Source: Candidatus Anstonella stagnisolia (GTDB taxonomy: Archaea; Micrarchaeota; Micrarchaeia; Anstonellales; Anstonellaceae). From it: a stretch of DNA of 64,000 nucleotides. The notes beneath the pieces are model-generated. The model was not told where the DNA came from. It searched no databases and saw only the letters and a list, made by a program, of their open reading frames with translations. This document shows, one piece after another, positions 62,856-64,000 of this stretch (the stretch's first letter is position 1; the number at the start of each line of letters is the position of its first letter). Location of the stretch: contig CABMCJ010000004.1 in the NCBI GenBank assembly GCA_902384585.1, forward strand, positions 322,086 to 386,085. The letters are read 5' to 3'. The translations under genes were made by a program, and so were the position numbers.

Positions 62856-63350
62856 ATGGAGAGGTGGATTCATATGAACAAGGTAGTAGCGTTAAAGGAG
62901 TTAAGTGTAGATGCCGTTAGGAAAGCAGAAAAGAAAGGGACTGGGCAGAAACTGTGCACATTTGGGACGGCACGCCGTGGAATGAGCGCTGCAAATAAAT
63001 TGCTTGAAAGCGGGAAATCTGTACCTGCACAGGCAAGCGAACCGGGGCAGCGGGCTGCAGAAACTGAAGGGAAGTTTGGCTTGGAAGAGAAGAGGACGAT
63101 TGCAGAAGCGTATGTTACTCTGTACGATGCAGGGCGCATACCAAAGAACAGGAAAAACGACCAGATGCGCGCTGAACTTGATGGGGCGCTTGCAGGGATT
63201 GCACACGAAGGCGACTACTCGCCAATAGTAGAAATGCAAAAAGATGATGGCTGGTGGGCAAGCGCAAAAAACAAAGTGAGCGAAGCCACGCCGATTGTGC
63301 TCAAGGCAGGCTTGCCAAAAGAAGTTGCAGCCGAAGCAGGAAAAATCTGA
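62856..63350 (+). CDS. hypothetical protein
   Basis: 164-aa ORF. No motif recognised. Confidence 0.42.
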   Translation: MERWIHMNKVVALKELSVDAVRKAEKKGTGQKLCTFGTARRGMSAANKLLESGKSVPAQASEPGQRAAETEGKFGLEEKRTIAEAYVTLYDAGRIPKNRKNDQMRAELDGALAGIAHEGDYSPIVEMQKDDGWWASAKNKVSEATPIVLKAGLPKEVAAEAGKI

Positions 63351-63368
63351 ACGGACTGCTCTGCTTTT

Positions 63369-64000
63369 TTATTTCCCCTTTATTTTTTTCAGTATCCTTC
63401 CCATTCCCTCAAACATGTCTATTGGAATGGGTATTATCACCGTATTTGAGGGAGTCGGGCCAAGTCCGTCTAAGGTTTGCAATACACGAAGCTGCAAGGC
63501 TCCGGGGCTTGCTGCCATTGTTTTTGCGGCTGATGCGAGGTTTATTGCAGCCTCCTTGTCGCCTTCTGCCTTTATTATGGTGGCGCGCTTTTCGCGCTCT
63601 GCTGCTGCCTGGCGGGACATGAGGCGCTTTAGGTCGTCGGGCACTTCGACGTCCTGCAATTTTATTGCGGTTACGTCCAAGCCCCAGTTCTCGGTTTCCT
63701 TGTCAACAAGCTTGCGTATCTCGTCCCCTGCCTGCTGCCTTTCTGCGAGCACGCCGTCAAGGGACATTCCGCCTATTACATCGCGAAGCGCTGTCTGGGA
63801 ATATTGGGAAATTGCATAGTAGTAGTCTTCGACCTTTATCACTGCGATTTCGGGCTTCTCCACCTTGAAGAAGACAACGCCGTTCACGGATACGGGCACG
63901 TTGTCCTTTGTCATCACCTGCTGGCGGGGAATGTCAATTGTGCGTATGCGCATGTCTATTTTGCGCATTTCCTGTATTATTGGGACTATGAAGGTGATGC
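63369..64000 (-). CDS. SPFH/band-7 (stomatin/prohibitin-like) protein, N-terminus beyond the window edge
   Basis: IDIPRQQVMTKDNVPVSVNGVVFFKV...ALRDVIG...RQAAAEREKRA. The frame stays open upstream of the track start to the window end (...ITFIVPIIQEMRKID...). Confidence 0.88.
   Translation of the reverse strand, partial: ITFIVPIIQEMRKIDMRIRTIDIPRQQVMTKDNVPVSVNGVVFFKVEKPEIAVIKVEDYYYAISQYSQTALRDVIGGMSLDGVLAERQQAGDEIRKLVDKETENWGLDVTAIKLQDVEVPDDLKRLMSRQAAAEREKRATIIKAEGDKEAAINLASAAKTMAASPGALQLRVLQTLDGLGPTPSNTVIIPIPIDMFEGMGRILKKIKGK

Overview
This is a densely coding archaeal chromosomal segment, roughly 50% GC by eye, and mostly housekeeping.

**Main content**
- A complete A-type ATP synthase operon in the canonical order atpHIKECFABD (21728..30374, minus strand).
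- DNA maintenance genes: SMC, Rad50, a HerA-like ATPase and a short XPF/ERCC4 nuclease.
- Translation genes: archaeal-type ProRS, and aEF-1beta with its usual Zn-ribbon neighbour.
- Metabolism genes: two-subunit 2-oxoacid:ferredoxin oxidoreductase (korAB), GlmS, glutamine synthetase, a SufS-like desulfurase, and a squalene/phytoene synthase paired with an FAD oxidoreductase.
- Three tRNAs: Ile-GAU and Gln-UUG, each with an intron at position 37/38, and Arg-GCG.
- Several Lrp-family regulators, a RelE/RHH toxin-antitoxin pair, and a cluster of surface or secreted proteins.
- I recognise no rRNA, CRISPR array, cas gene, transposase or integrase.

**What stands out** is a recurring sequence-level pattern rather than a gene cluster. 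Gene ends and gene junctions are duplicated around short inserts:
- The glnA 3' end: 150 nt, 22 differences, and only one of them changes an amino acid.
- The korB 5' end: 48 nt duplicated around a 73-nt insert.
- The XPF tail, repeated on both sides of a single glyoxalase gene.
- The herA/GalT-like junction, present four times.
- A 15-nt exact repeat at a convergent gene junction.

The first 53 nt of the korB insert match the 85-nt intron of tRNA-Gln. All three mismatches fall in a hairpin loop. This points to a small structured, possibly mobile, intron-like or MITE-like element.

**Other points**
- glnA carries a single in-frame TGA.
- The atpF-atpA spacer is built from AAAAUGA repeats.
- Two unannotated CxCxC mini-ORFs follow atpD.
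- There are tandem arginine-deiminase-fold paralogs.
- GC content drops inside glmS.

**Limits.** All alignments, folds and GC counts were done by hand. No database search or structure prediction was possible. Family calls rest on recognisable motifs only.
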